Shown: positions 26,567 to 38,759 of the stretch, in pieces
Numbering within the stretch: the first letter of the stretch is position 1
Layout: every line of letters begins with the position of its first letter
Origin: Trichoplax sp. H2
Lineage: Eukaryota
DNA length: 64,000 nucleotides
Reading direction: 5' to 3'
Assembly (NCBI GenBank): GCA_003344405.1
Contig: NOWV01000027.1
Location: forward strand, 124,001 to 188,000
Position numbers and translations under genes: made by a program
Notes under the pieces: generated by a model
The model's database searches: none
Seen by the model: the letters and a program-made list of their open reading frames with translations, nothing else
What the model was told of the DNA's origin: nothing

Positions 26567-29089
26567 ATGACGAGCATCAACGAGATTCTAAAGAAGTTAG
26601 AAAATGGTTTTGAACATACTCGAAAGGGCGAAGGTAAAGATTTAGTGTTAGCTATTGGTAATACTGGCGTTGGCAAAAGTACTTTTCTGAACTACATGCT
26701 AGAGCATAAAATGTGTCAGGACCAAAATACTGGAAATATAGATACGGTGCAGCCTGCCACCTTTAAGATCGGCCATGAAATGAAATCAGAAACTTTATAC
26801 GCTACGCCATTTGTCAGCGAGATCTATCCTTGGGTTTATACAGATTGTCCCGGATTTCAAGATAATAGAATATCAAGTGATGCTGTCGTAAGTTCTATTA
26901 GTACTGAATTGGCGGTTCGAAATGCTCGTCAGGTTAAGGCTGTTGTGATTTTAATAGAAGTCCATACTTTACTCTCTGCAAGACTAAATGAGTTAAGTCA
27001 ATTAATGAAGACACTAATTTCGCTCTTTAAGAGCCCAATCGATATGGCCAATTATTCCATCGTGGCTATAACAAAAGTAGATTCTCTAGGACTGACAGAA
27101 GAGACTACAAAGCAAAGAATGTTGCAAGGTTTTAAAAAAATCGAAAGGAATTGTGATGGAAATCTAGAAATGCTTAAAAATAAGTATGAAAGAAGTAAAT
27201 CTCCTTTAGCTGATGATTTACATTCAGCATCTGCCCCGACACCGGAAGATTTTGCATTTATTAAGGCTTTTGTTGCTGCTATACTTCAAAAGCAAGATGA
27301 TATAGTATTTGTTAAACCCTTAGATGAAGGCCAGTCCAGAGAAAGAGTTATCGAACTGATTAAAGGAATTAGGCCACATAAATCGAAAAAATTGTATAAT
27401 CAAATAGTCTCTGCTGTGCGTTCTTTCCCCTCGTCTTTCGGACCCTTGAGCTCTGATCATGATAAAGATAAGCAAGAGAAAGTTAAACGTCTTACTGTGA
27501 AGGATTTTAACTTTCAAGCATACAGTGAGCAAAGAATACTTTTTAATAAGGCTATTTATGATCGCGCACATGATGGTAACGAACTAATAGAAGCTATCAA
27601 GACACAATCAAATCAACTTAAGAGTGCTATTAACACTTGCCAAGAAAGTGAGACTAGAATTATGACACTAAATGAACTTAAATCAAATCTTCAACGCTTA
27701 TTTTATGATTCTGGAGATTCAACTGGCTCTATAGAAAACTCAGAGACACTCATCGCTCGAAATAGGACTACAATTAATTCGCAATCAGAAGAGAAGCGGA
27801 CTATTAAGACACGTATAGTTACCTTAGATAGAGAGTTAGCCAAAATCGACACGGATGAACTTAAACTATTTCGTTCTGAGCATCTATCTAAAGACTGGTC
27901 TTTTTGGAGAGGTTGGTTTTATATATTAGACTTTGAGGCTAAAACTGATAGTGAATCGATTCCAATGGTTATTGAAAAAGATCAAGCAAATGGGGATTGG
28001 TACGATACCGTCGATCAACGTAAAAAAGGCTATTATAAAACAAAATATGTTTCTCAATGGTTCACTGAAGCTTATGCTAAAGTAGATGCTTATATTAAAA
28101 CCAAGCAAGATACAGGTAATCAACTACGGATTAAAGAGATTAACAAGGAGATAGAATCTCTGCAAAATCGAAAAACAGAATTACGGGCAAGCTTAAATGA
28201 GCTTAAAGAAGCGAACCAAATCTTGATTCAGAATATTGAATCTATACGAGATGGGAAACTTAAGGCGGCGAAAGATCAGGAAATGAAGATTACAGAGTGT
28301 GATCAAGAAATTAATCGACTTTCTAATAGAATTAAAGAAAATCAAAATTTAATAAAAGAAAGTAAAAGTAAAGGTACACAATTGTTAAAATCGTTCTTCG
28401 AAGGTAGTCCTGATAACGCTAGAGTACCTGTGAAATTTCAAGTTATTAAAGAAGTCGCTGAGTTATTAGACTTTCCCTCTCCTTTAGTACAGGTTTTTAT
28501 AAAATGCTACGATCCGTTTATAAAACAGCAGCTATCTGATATTCGTAAACTTTTTGAGATTAATCCTGCTACGATTAATTTTAGCACATTACCTACTCAA
28601 GCGGTCCCTGAATGTGATGAGGACATTGGTCCTAAAGATCCTATAACGAGTCAACGAATTATAACTCCGGTAGTAACTGATGCTGGCACCCTATTTGATT
28701 TACAATCATTGCGTAAATGCTTTCCTGAACATCCTACTAAAGAAGATGTATATGAATTCTCCCACCATGATGGACGAGTAGAGCATATTCACTATTTATG
28801 CTGGAAACAAATCGGTAATCTTAGTGAATATTTGTATCAGAGAAGAAGACAGACATCTCCAGAAAAACGTCACTCATTTATTAACATACCGAGTGATTTA
28901 AATGAGTTACTCAGAATACAATACGATCTTCAGCAAGAAATAGCTTGTATAGAAAAGGAATTTAAGGCGGCGATGGATAAAAAGCAAATAGAATTAGAGA
29001 AGATTAATACACAGATTCAATCGCTTCATATATCAGAATCATCGGATAAAGATACTTTCAGTGATGAAGAATATGAGATTGTATCTTAA
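26567..29089 (+). CDS. Intronless large P-loop GTPase, coiled-coil, U-box-like protein (subtype B)
   Basis: 840-aa ORF; GNTGVGKS, SET, DCPG, TKVD; C-terminal DPITSQRIITPVVTDAGTLFDLQSL. Confidence 0.9.
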   Translation: MTSINEILKKLENGFEHTRKGEGKDLVLAIGNTGVGKSTFLNYMLEHKMCQDQNTGNIDTVQPATFKIGHEMKSETLYATPFVSEIYPWVYTDCPGFQDNRISSDAVVSSISTELAVRNARQVKAVVILIEVHTLLSARLNELSQLMKTLISLFKSPIDMANYSIVAITKVDSLGLTEETTKQRMLQGFKKIERNCDGNLEMLKNKYERSKSPLADDLHSASAPTPEDFAFIKAFVAAILQKQDDIVFVKPLDEGQSRERVIELIKGIRPHKSKKLYNQIVSAVRSFPSSFGPLSSDHDKDKQEKVKRLTVKDFNFQAYSEQRILFNKAIYDRAHDGNELIEAIKTQSNQLKSAINTCQESETRIMTLNELKSNLQRLFYDSGDSTGSIENSETLIARNRTTINSQSEEKRTIKTRIVTLDRELAKIDTDELKLFRSEHLSKDWSFWRGWFYILDFEAKTDSESIPMVIEKDQANGDWYDTVDQRKKGYYKTKYVSQWFTEAYAKVDAYIKTKQDTGNQLRIKEINKEIESLQNRKTELRASLNELKEANQILIQNIESIRDGKLKAAKDQEMKITECDQEINRLSNRIKENQNLIKESKSKGTQLLKSFFEGSPDNARVPVKFQVIKEVAELLDFPSPLVQVFIKCYDPFIKQQLSDIRKLFEINPATINFSTLPTQAVPECDEDIGPKDPITSQRIITPVVTDAGTLFDLQSLRKCFPEHPTKEDVYEFSHHDGRVEHIHYLCWKQIGNLSEYLYQRRRQTSPEKRHSFINIPSDLNELLRIQYDLQQEIACIEKEFKAAMDKKQIELEKINTQIQSLHISESSDKDTFSDEEYEIVS

Positions 29090-31576
29090 AAGTACTTTGT
29101 ATCTCTTACTCCATGTTCCACATAGTTAGCGATGATTTATTACTATAGTATTAAGCTAGTTGTACCAATGTATGTGTACATGATTTGAGTAATGCTATCA
29201 TTCCTATTAGAATTCATTGTTAATTGATAGATATTTGTTAATTCAAATAACTTTACGACATTATTATCTTGTGATGTCTCTTGAATTAATTGCTAAAATT
29301 TATAATAAGCATATATTAATTCTTAGAGGTATTTTTCTACTATTTGATAGACTTGCTTGGCATTCAGGAAATGTCGAATTTGTTGTTTAATTTTTCGAGA
29401 AATAAGTAAAAAATGACTCAATTAACATCTAGTAATCCATATGATAATAGCCATATACAGCATATCATTCGCAGGGTAATTTGCAATAGTACTGTATACT
29501 ACATTTAAACGGCAGGTTTACTAGTAGATATTAATAATTTTAGTAATTCATTACGGTTCTTAAATTAGTAAATTGTTACGGATATTTGATGTAAAGATGA
29601 AGATTAGGGCAAAGATAATAACGATGGTAATAAATTCTTAAGATACGGGTCATTGATGTTAACATTTAAATATTGTCAATTTGGCTGCCAGTACTATAAC
29701 ATATCGATACAAAACTTTGTTGCCGTTGGTTCCCAATTATAATGAACAATTATTGTCATAATAACACTAGTTCATTACGGTACTCAAATTCTGTTAAAAT
29801 TTAGTCGATTTTTATTACTAATGATATCTGAAAAAAGAGGTTATAATAGGGATAGTAGAATTTTTTATATAAGTACCCACTATTCATATTCTTTTCCTTA
29901 GTGCAAGTAATTTATACGAATAGATAGGTATATTAGCCCCCACTGGTCCACAATAGAGTAAATTTCAGTCGAACTCATTATAAGGTTTTAATGGCAAATA
30001 ATGCTAGAATCCTATTAAATGATAAGTACATAATTTTAACTAAAAGGTAAGGTAATTAGGTAAGTGATTACTACAAAATAAGCTACAACATCGACTTCAC
30101 TTTTACTTTCTAAAAGGAGTTACTGCGCCTCTAACAATTAACCCACAATGGCTACTATAAACCATATCATATCATAGTTATACCGCTACAATGAATTCGA
30201 TATCAGCTCTGATAGCATTAGGCGATCGGTATCATTATTGATCTAGTATTGTGCGTATAAAAAGGAGATGCTTATTAGATACGCGTATTTTCGGTAAGCA
30301 ACCTATTTATTAACCTTATCAATTTCTGGAAGATATTCTACCAGTGTATTACTTATTTAACGTAGTAGTTATTCTCGCATTATTTCCTATTTATAATTGG
30401 TATCATTTATCAGCCTTATAATATTAATCTATGTGCGACTACAGCATTATTTGATTATTGTTAAATTATCGTAGTTGTTCACAGTTGAATTTCTAATAAA
30501 AATCTTGTGAGAAAAAATTTGATGGTATAATTTCATTTGTAAACTTTTAAATACTTAACATAGTGTAAAATCTTTCCAATTTTTACATACTTTCACCTGA
30601 TGTGGCTAATTTCCTATTTTCAACTGTTCATAATAATACTCTGCGCCCTGTTACACGGAAGTATGTAGTGTTAATCCTACAATAAACTGTTTTCGATCTG
30701 GTTTCTATCCTACAGTACCTCATAAATAATTATGTATCTTTGAGCGGTAAGTTTTCAATTAAATAACATGTTAGGAATTAGCAACATGAATTATCATTTC
30801 ATAATAAGATGTAATGATTTGCATGGACAACATATGGTTATACAGTACCGACGTAAATATAAAATCCTAAGGCGATGATTTACAATAAGATGCCGCCCAA
30901 TATAAGTAAGTGCTAGATATCTTTTGCTATTATACGAATTCCATACGAGTCCAAGAGTACCATATAAACAAAAGTACATTTGTGTAAACTATCTCGAGGG
31001 AATATTGCACTAGTTTACATAAAGATGCGATTGATATGCCTACTCCAAGTTCATGGTCTGGGTTAAGCTCAAGTAGTTCGTGAGCTAAAATCAATAAGTC
31101 TGGAATTTAAGAGATACTCACTGAATCTCTTGTGTAAGCTGTCGTACTCGATCTAGGCGCACAATGCTCGTATACTGCATTGAGGATCTCTAATAATGAA
31201 TTACATATTCGAGCAACTACACTTGGAAAGATGACCTTCCAGACTATTTCCTTTACACATTTCAGATTGCAACTTTACAACACTAATCAATGCCGTCATC
31301 GTGATGTAAGGCCATAAGTAAGTGATTAAAATTCTTCTATTGCTTATTTACAATATTGAACCTTATGCTTTGAATCGACCAGTAGTAAACAGCTACATAA
31401 CGATGTCTCTTGTTTACATTATGACCGGATAAGTCATTCTAAAGTTTTCTTTCTAGTTAGTGTCAGGTATTAGCTCTTTATTTAGTTTTTTGCGTTTTCA
31501 AAAAAAATTGCTATCGGTCGAGCCATAGTTGAAATCCAGTGGAAAGGAATTCTAATAAGTAAAAGGAGGGATCACC

Positions 31577-34156
31577 ATGCCTGCGATAGAAATCAGTGAG
31601 ATACAAGCCAAATTGGCAGCTGGTTTTAAACTAACACAACAAGCCAATGGCAAAGACTTAGTTCTGGTGATCGGTAATACTGGTGTGGGTAAAAGCACCT
31701 TTCTTAACTATATGTTGGGGCATACAATGCGTGAAAATGAAGAATTAGATGTGATAGAGGCCGTAGAGACGTCTGCCTTACACATTGGCCATGAGATGCG
31801 TTCAGAGACTTTATACGCACGGCCGGTTGTGAGTCAAGACTATCCTTGGGTTTTTACCGACTGTCCGGGATTTTTGGATAACAGAATAACCAATGATACA
31901 ATTGTGACTTCTATTAGTATGGAATTAGCGATTCGTAGTGCAAATCAGGTCAAAGGAATTATTATCTTGATGGATGCAACTGAGTTTTTGAATAGTAGAT
32001 TGAGTACTTTAAGTCCATTGATGAAGATATTGATTAAATTGTTTAGAGATCCAGTTGAAATGTTAAAGTATTCTGTAATTGGTGTGACCAAAACGGATAA
32101 GATGAAAGGTGGAAAAACAAAATCTAAAAGAATGATGGTGCAAGCTTTTGGTAAAATCAAAGAAGAATGTCAGAGAAAAATACAGACTCTTCAGTCAGAA
32201 TTTGAAAGACAAGGTCATAAAGCTTTCTTTTCTATAGGGAGTGAGAATAAAGAGGAAAGCGATCTGAGAGAATTAACTGTTAGCGACTATAAAGTGATGA
32301 CAGAATATATCAGTGCAGTACTTAGACGACAAGATGAGATCGTTTTTATTGATGTTCTTGATGACGGCGATTCAAAGCAACACATTATTGATCGTATTCA
32401 TGCAATTAGGCCAAGAACTGAAGCTCAAACGGGCCACTCACTACAGGATACTCTTCCAACTGCGTTATCAGCATCCGCTGAATACTTGCAGCTAGATACT
32501 TTATCGCTACGGCCTATTACAGTAGCAGATTTTAATTTTGAGCATTATGATGTAAATAGAAGACACTTTAATCTTGCTATTTATGATTTTGCTAGTGAAG
32601 GTAGCCGATTAATTGGTGCGATCATAGGGGTAGCAAATCAACTGAAACGCATGATCGATATGTGGCAAGACAACAAAATTAGAATGGCGGCATTGAATAA
32701 ACTAAAATCAGAGTTACAAAATTATATCTCTGTTTCTGAAGGCCCAAGGAAATTATTGAATACCTGGTCAGAAATGCTTTCAGAAAATGCTCAATCCATT
32801 CAATCAGCGCAAGAAGATATTCATTCGATTAAAAATCAGATAAAAAAGCATGAACAAGAATTGAATGAAATTAATACTGATAAACCCATAAAATTTGCGG
32901 AAAAAATATATCTCAAAAAAGAGTGGTATTGGACCCACCATAAGGAACTCTTCAAGTTTGATACTGAAAATGAATCAGTACCAATAGTCGATGTAGACAA
33001 ACACATAGGTAATGGTTGCTGGTGTTATACGAAAGATGAAAGAAAAAAAGGCCGATATAAATCGTTATATCTATCAGACTGGCTGGCGTACGGGGATGCT
33101 AGAATAACGGTTTACATTGCTTCTAAGGATGAAGAAGGCAACCGTAAGCTCGTTAGAGATCTTCAGACAGAAATTCATCGATCTGGAGAACTCTTGGCTG
33201 AGATACAAGCTAATCTATCGTTGCTTGAAGAATCTAAAGATCGTTTATTATCCAGTATAAAATCGATGGAAAATGTAGTTCAGGAAGAAGTAGAAAAGGA
33301 TCGAGCTGATAAAATGTTGCAATGTGATGGAGAAATTGAGCAGTTATCTGCTCGTATGACAGAAAATCGAAAGCAGATAAAAATGACTAAAGCAAAGGCT
33401 TTAAAATTATTGAAAAAATTTTGTGATGATTCTGAATCTTTAAATATCCATAAAAAATTTAAAATTGTCAAAAGTATTAATGAGTTACTACAACTACCAG
33501 GCACTTTAGTGGATAAATTCATTGAACGTTATGAGGGGTTTAAAGCTGAGTTTAAAACCATACAAAAATGTTTTCGGATAGACTTAGATAAGGAAGATTT
33601 GAGCCAATTTTCGCAAGATAATTCAACGGATCAATTAGATAGAGCTATAAATAGAAAAGATCCAATAAGTGGTAAATGGATTAGGACGCTGGTAGTAACA
33701 AAAGCAGGAACAGGATTTGAATTATCTTCCTTAGTGGAGCAATTTCCTGAGAATTGTATAGGGAGCGTTTTTGAATTTATTCATCCTACTGGTAAAAAAG
33801 AGCGCATTTTTTACGGTGATTGGACTATCATGTCTGAATGGCCCGCACTTACAGGGCAAGAAGAGAGATTTTCTCAAGCCGATCAAGTACTTGGTATGTC
33901 ATCGAATGATCCACTGGAATTGATCAAAGTGAAAAAGAGTGTAGAGGAAGAGATAGAGTTGTTAGTGCAAGGTATTCAAGAGCAAGAAGAGGAACTCTTT
34001 GCAAAGCGAGATCAGTTAAAAAAAGTCACCGAACGTCTTAAAGGGCTTGGTTTTTTACTTTCAGTAGATGAAACTGAAGAGACTAGTTCCATTGATAGTA
34101 GTTTTATCCAAATAGATGCTATAGATACTTCCTTTATTCCTGATGTTAGCACATAA
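31577..34156 (+). CDS. Intronless large P-loop GTPase, coiled-coil, U-box-like protein (subtype A, copy 2)
   Basis: 859-aa ORF colinear with copy A1; GNTGVGKS, SET, DCPG, TKTD; DPISGKWIRTLVVTKAGTGFELSSL. Confidence 0.9.
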   Translation: MPAIEISEIQAKLAAGFKLTQQANGKDLVLVIGNTGVGKSTFLNYMLGHTMRENEELDVIEAVETSALHIGHEMRSETLYARPVVSQDYPWVFTDCPGFLDNRITNDTIVTSISMELAIRSANQVKGIIILMDATEFLNSRLSTLSPLMKILIKLFRDPVEMLKYSVIGVTKTDKMKGGKTKSKRMMVQAFGKIKEECQRKIQTLQSEFERQGHKAFFSIGSENKEESDLRELTVSDYKVMTEYISAVLRRQDEIVFIDVLDDGDSKQHIIDRIHAIRPRTEAQTGHSLQDTLPTALSASAEYLQLDTLSLRPITVADFNFEHYDVNRRHFNLAIYDFASEGSRLIGAIIGVANQLKRMIDMWQDNKIRMAALNKLKSELQNYISVSEGPRKLLNTWSEMLSENAQSIQSAQEDIHSIKNQIKKHEQELNEINTDKPIKFAEKIYLKKEWYWTHHKELFKFDTENESVPIVDVDKHIGNGCWCYTKDERKKGRYKSLYLSDWLAYGDARITVYIASKDEEGNRKLVRDLQTEIHRSGELLAEIQANLSLLEESKDRLLSSIKSMENVVQEEVEKDRADKMLQCDGEIEQLSARMTENRKQIKMTKAKALKLLKKFCDDSESLNIHKKFKIVKSINELLQLPGTLVDKFIERYEGFKAEFKTIQKCFRIDLDKEDLSQFSQDNSTDQLDRAINRKDPISGKWIRTLVVTKAGTGFELSSLVEQFPENCIGSVFEFIHPTGKKERIFYGDWTIMSEWPALTGQEERFSQADQVLGMSSNDPLELIKVKKSVEEEIELLVQGIQEQEEELFAKRDQLKKVTERLKGLGFLLSVDETEETSSIDSSFIQIDAIDTSFIPDVST

Positions 34157-34953
34157 GCGTATTTTCTTAGAATAATTAGTGCAAAATCTTCGCTAGACTA
34201 ACACATAGAATATTCAAGAATCTTACTCGAATCTTTATTGATAATAAAGTTCTTTGGAGAATATTAGCAATTCCCACTATTGAACACTCGTTTATACTAT
34301 CTATCGAGACTCGCTTACCCCCTGCACGCCGACTAATGTTAGTTGTTATTTACTTGCGCGTGTATTCAAGTTCCAATTTATGTCAGCATATAACCATCGG
34401 ATCGATGTAATTATAGTTCAGTAGTTGTTGTCGAGTATTGTGGATATAGCTAGCTAGGCATTTGATAAATAAAGAAAGTTACTTTACACGATTACCGACT
34501 GGAGTATATTACAGATTTACACTATCGACTACTAGTAATTTTAGTAGTCCATACTTTATACTGTCTTGTGTGGCATGATTGATCTCGCTAATTTATATAT
34601 AGCAATTTGATTCAAGCGTACTACCAAACTAATAAAAAATCACTTTGGCGATGTTAGTTTGATTGACCAATATTGATTGATTTTGAATTATTATTAATAT
34701 TTATCCTGATATGCTGGTACTCTACGGTAGAGATTATCCAAACTTTTACTTGAGGGAATTAGGTTAATTGTTTTACCATTATAGTGATAATAAATAAATA
34801 TAATTAAGGATGTCTCGGAAGAGCGCAGCACATAAATGAATATATTAGCGTATGTAACTAAAATATCGATAGTGTAGTAAAAGACCAGGGAGATATTTCT
34901 TTTCACTTCGAGGATTTGTATATATAATCATTAGTAATCAATACAATATCGCA

Positions 34954-36945
34954 TTGGTTATAGGTAATACGGGCGTTGGTAAAGGCACTTTCGTCAATTA
35001 TATGCTTAGGCATGAAATGTTCAGAGATGCAGAATCTGCAGCTGTAGATACCTATGGTCCTGCTACCTTTACGATCGGTTATGAAATGCGGCCAGAAATC
35101 TTATATGCGAAGCCATTTCTAAGCGAGAAATATCCCTTGGTTTTCAAAGATTTCCCCAGATTTCAAGATAATAGATTATCAAGCGATGCAGTTGTGACTT
35201 CTATTAGCACTGAATTGGCGGTTCGAAATGCTCATCAGGTTAAAAGTAATTTTAATGGAAATCAATAGTTTGCTCGGTACGAGACTACCTGACTTAAATC
35301 AAATGGCGAAGACACTGATTACGCTTCAAGAGGCCAGTCGATATGAGAATGAGTAACTACTGTAATCTTTATATGGGTATTAGTTGCTTTCTAGTCGATT
35401 TCTTCAATAATTCATGCTTTATCATAAGAATCTATGTAGCCTACATCTTGCATTCTCGATCAGATCAACAGAAGAGAAGACTAATTTCTTACCCTATTGG
35501 AATACTTTAAATACAGTACGGTGCTCGTACTACGAGCATATTGCAAATTCTTAATTTCTCATGTGTCTGCAACGTCAATGAAAATACACATACTATATGA
35601 CGAATTATAATTATTAAATCATAGTATGAATGTTTGGCCATTTCAGTCAGTCCACATAGAGACTAAGCAATTTGTTTTAACTGGCAGCAATCAATGCCTG
35701 TTGTCGCACGATACCAACCACAAAGATTTACTTCTTGTACTTGACTATTGAATGTGATCAAGCAGTGAATTAATTTCCTACTTGCTGATCACATTACTAT
35801 CCTATTGTGGAAAAACGCGAATCCGGAAGCTCATTGACCTAAATTTTAATCTTTAAACTGAAAAAAAACGCGAAGTCCGGAAATGATTAAAGATTTTAAC
35901 TTTCAAGCTTATTGCGAGCAGAGAATATCATTTAATATAGCTATTTATAACTATGCGCATAATGGCAATGTACTAATAGGAGATTAAAGAGCAGTCTAAG
36001 CAACTAAAAAATGCTATTAAAACATATCAGGAGAGTAAGAATCGGTCCGAGGCACCAAAAACTTTGAAATCAGACCTTGAGAATCACCTTTCTGGTTCAG
36101 AAGATTCAACTAATTCAATAAAAACATCGGAAGAAATCCCAACTCAAAATAATCAATTAATTAAAGAACATGAGGTAAAGCTATTGAGAAGGAAAAAACT
36201 AAATTACGTAGAGAAGTAACTGGTATTGATACAGATGACCTCATGCTATTTCGTTCAGCTTCTCTTTCTAAAAATTGGACTTTATGGCATAGTTGTTTTT
36301 TACGATAGAGTTCAAGGCTGATACCAACGCTAAGTGGATATCAGTCAGTGTACATACTGAGGAGAAAATGGACAGTGGCACAATACAGTAGATTGATCGA
36401 AAGGTTATTATAAAACAAAATTCCGTTCTAAATGGTATGTTAAAGCTTATGCGAAAATGGAAGCTTATATCAAAACCAGACTCGATGCAGGTAATCAACT
36501 TCGGATCCAAAAGATTATCATGAAGATAAAATCACTTAAGAGTAAAAAAAAATAAATTAGAAACAAGTTTAGAAAAGCTTAAAAAGGAAAACAAAGTCCT
36601 AAATCAAAATACGTATTCAATCTTTACATGATGGAAATCTTAATGCAGAAAATAATCGAGAAGATTGCGAAATGTGATCAAGAAATTAAACAGCTTTCTG
36701 GTAGAATTGAATCAAGCCGAAGTTTGATTGAAAAGAATAAGTAGGTACACGACTATTGGATTCACTTTTTTTAAAGTGTTCCCGATAAGGCCACAGTACC
36801 GTAGAAATTCCGGCTTATGAGAGAAATTGCGGAGTTGTTAGACTTTCCATCCCATTTTAATACAAGTCTTCGTGAAGCCAGATAATCATTTTATAAAAGA
36901 TCAGCTTCCTTTTCTTCGCTAGCTTTTTGAGATAAATCCTGATAA
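34954..36945 (+). pseudogene. Decayed subtype-B GTPase paralog
   Basis: VIGNTGVGKGTFVNYML...STELAVRNAHQVK, unrelated sequence at about 35345-35885, then KDFNFQAY, KGYYKTK and ELLDFPS remnants with many frameshifts and stops. Confidence 0.9.
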
Positions 36946-38759
36946 GGCTGTGTCACAAATTTCTTCTTCGTGAACGGTTAACTCCTCTAGCAACTAATAT
37001 CCTAATACATTCGAGGTACGTATAGGCAATGAATTACTCGAAAAAGTATTCCGTTAAAATGTTTACTATATCGCTCGACGAGCCTTTCTAACTACTGATT
37101 TTCGGAACAACTAGTCGTTGTGAGCTCGCTCCTTTTATGCTCTCTGGGAGCGGCCGCTGGTGCATTCTAACAAACTGAGCTCTAATCATTTTCTTCGTTT
37201 AGTGCAAGATTACATCTTACAATCAATAATAGGACTCAGTATAGTCAAAATTGGTAAACAACATTAATTAGAATAAACCAATTAAGAACCAATTAGAGCT
37301 TTGAAGCTCTACGCAATTTCCACAGGTGCAAGTAATTACCAGTTAGATTACTTAATAAATGTTTCAAGAAATAGCTTATTTTTGCTGAAATTAAATAGAT
37401 GCAGTAAAACAGTTTTGATATTTCTATCTTGTAATCTATCTTTGTAATTGATAATTTAACTTTCCGGATATACTGAAATTTACTGGAACTATACATAATT
37501 ATAGTAAACTTAATCCCTTTTGTTTCTTTCTAATATCTATTTTAGGAATAGCATAATCAACTGTTCCAAGTATAAATTTAAGCGTACATCCTGCATAATC
37601 TAGAAACATCATCAAAAAGTATGTTACTCAAATGTTAATCATACGTTTGGTTTAAAGTTTAATTCCCGTTCATTTAAACAGGCAGTCTACGAATATCTCA
37701 TGATAAAAGCTGATTGGGTAAAAACGGGAAATTTTTTCTTTCAAAAATTAATCAAATTGATACGATCTTCCTATTCTTACCTCATCATATAGTACAGAAA
37801 ATTCCATCACCCTAAAATTTAACATGTCGAGTAGCTCTTTTTATCCTTTTAAATCTCTGTTTTGTTTGCATTGCGGAGCTGGTAGCCGACATAACATTCC
37901 TAGTCCACTAGGTCTGTATGCAAAAGGGCTAGTAGAGGCGGTAGATAGAGTCGGTTTTCGGTTTGCTGAAGTAGCACTTGCCTCGGGAGTGGTCTGGTTT
38001 TCTGATATTATTGCAGTTGTAGACACTTACATAGCATATAACTCTTAGATGAAAGCTTATAGCTAGATAGTTTAACTCGTTAACGAAGTTTTACATATAC
38101 TAACCTATTTAATTTCGTAAAACTAATTCTATGTTAACAGTCCTCTTACTCATACTAGAAATGGCAGGGTATCATTAAATTTTAAAGCCACCTTTCGATG
38201 CAATTTGCTAAATAACAATCAAATTACGGCAAACTAAAGCATTAGACACGCTACATTGGCAAGTGGATTTATTTACGTATAAGACGTGAGAATATAATAA
38301 TTACAATGCTATACAAAAATCACAGAGGAGTATTCTCTTTAATGTTAAAATATAGAAATAATTAGTTACGCTACATCAATTTTGATGATAAATTGTATAT
38401 TTTTAATTAAATTTTAATTTCTACATAGATTAGAAAGTATTGATAGTCTATTTTGTCTACTTTATGATAGATTTTTTATTGTAACAGTTCGATATCATAA
38501 TTACACGACATTATCAGCTGTTAATAAAATAAAATAAATCATTTGTGAAATATAAGTAACAAGTCGGTATTATAAGGATTAAAGCCAACAAATCCTGGAA
38601 AAAAGGCATAAATATTCAGCAAATTATGCTAGATACAGCAGGAGTTTATTTAATGTCATTATTTTGATATTGCCGAAGTTGTTGTAGGTTAAAAATTGAT
38701 TTTGTTCTTTTGTTATTATCCGTGAATCTATCAATTACAAGACGGTAATACTTCTTATA

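Noticed and set aside
21427..33522. Antisense ORFs inside the GTPase genes
   Set aside because: Shadow ORFs on the opposite strand of real coding sequence.
37824..38048. Overlapping small ORFs on both strands (61 and 74 aa)
   Set aside because: No recognisable motif or linked exons; cannot be supported as a gene.
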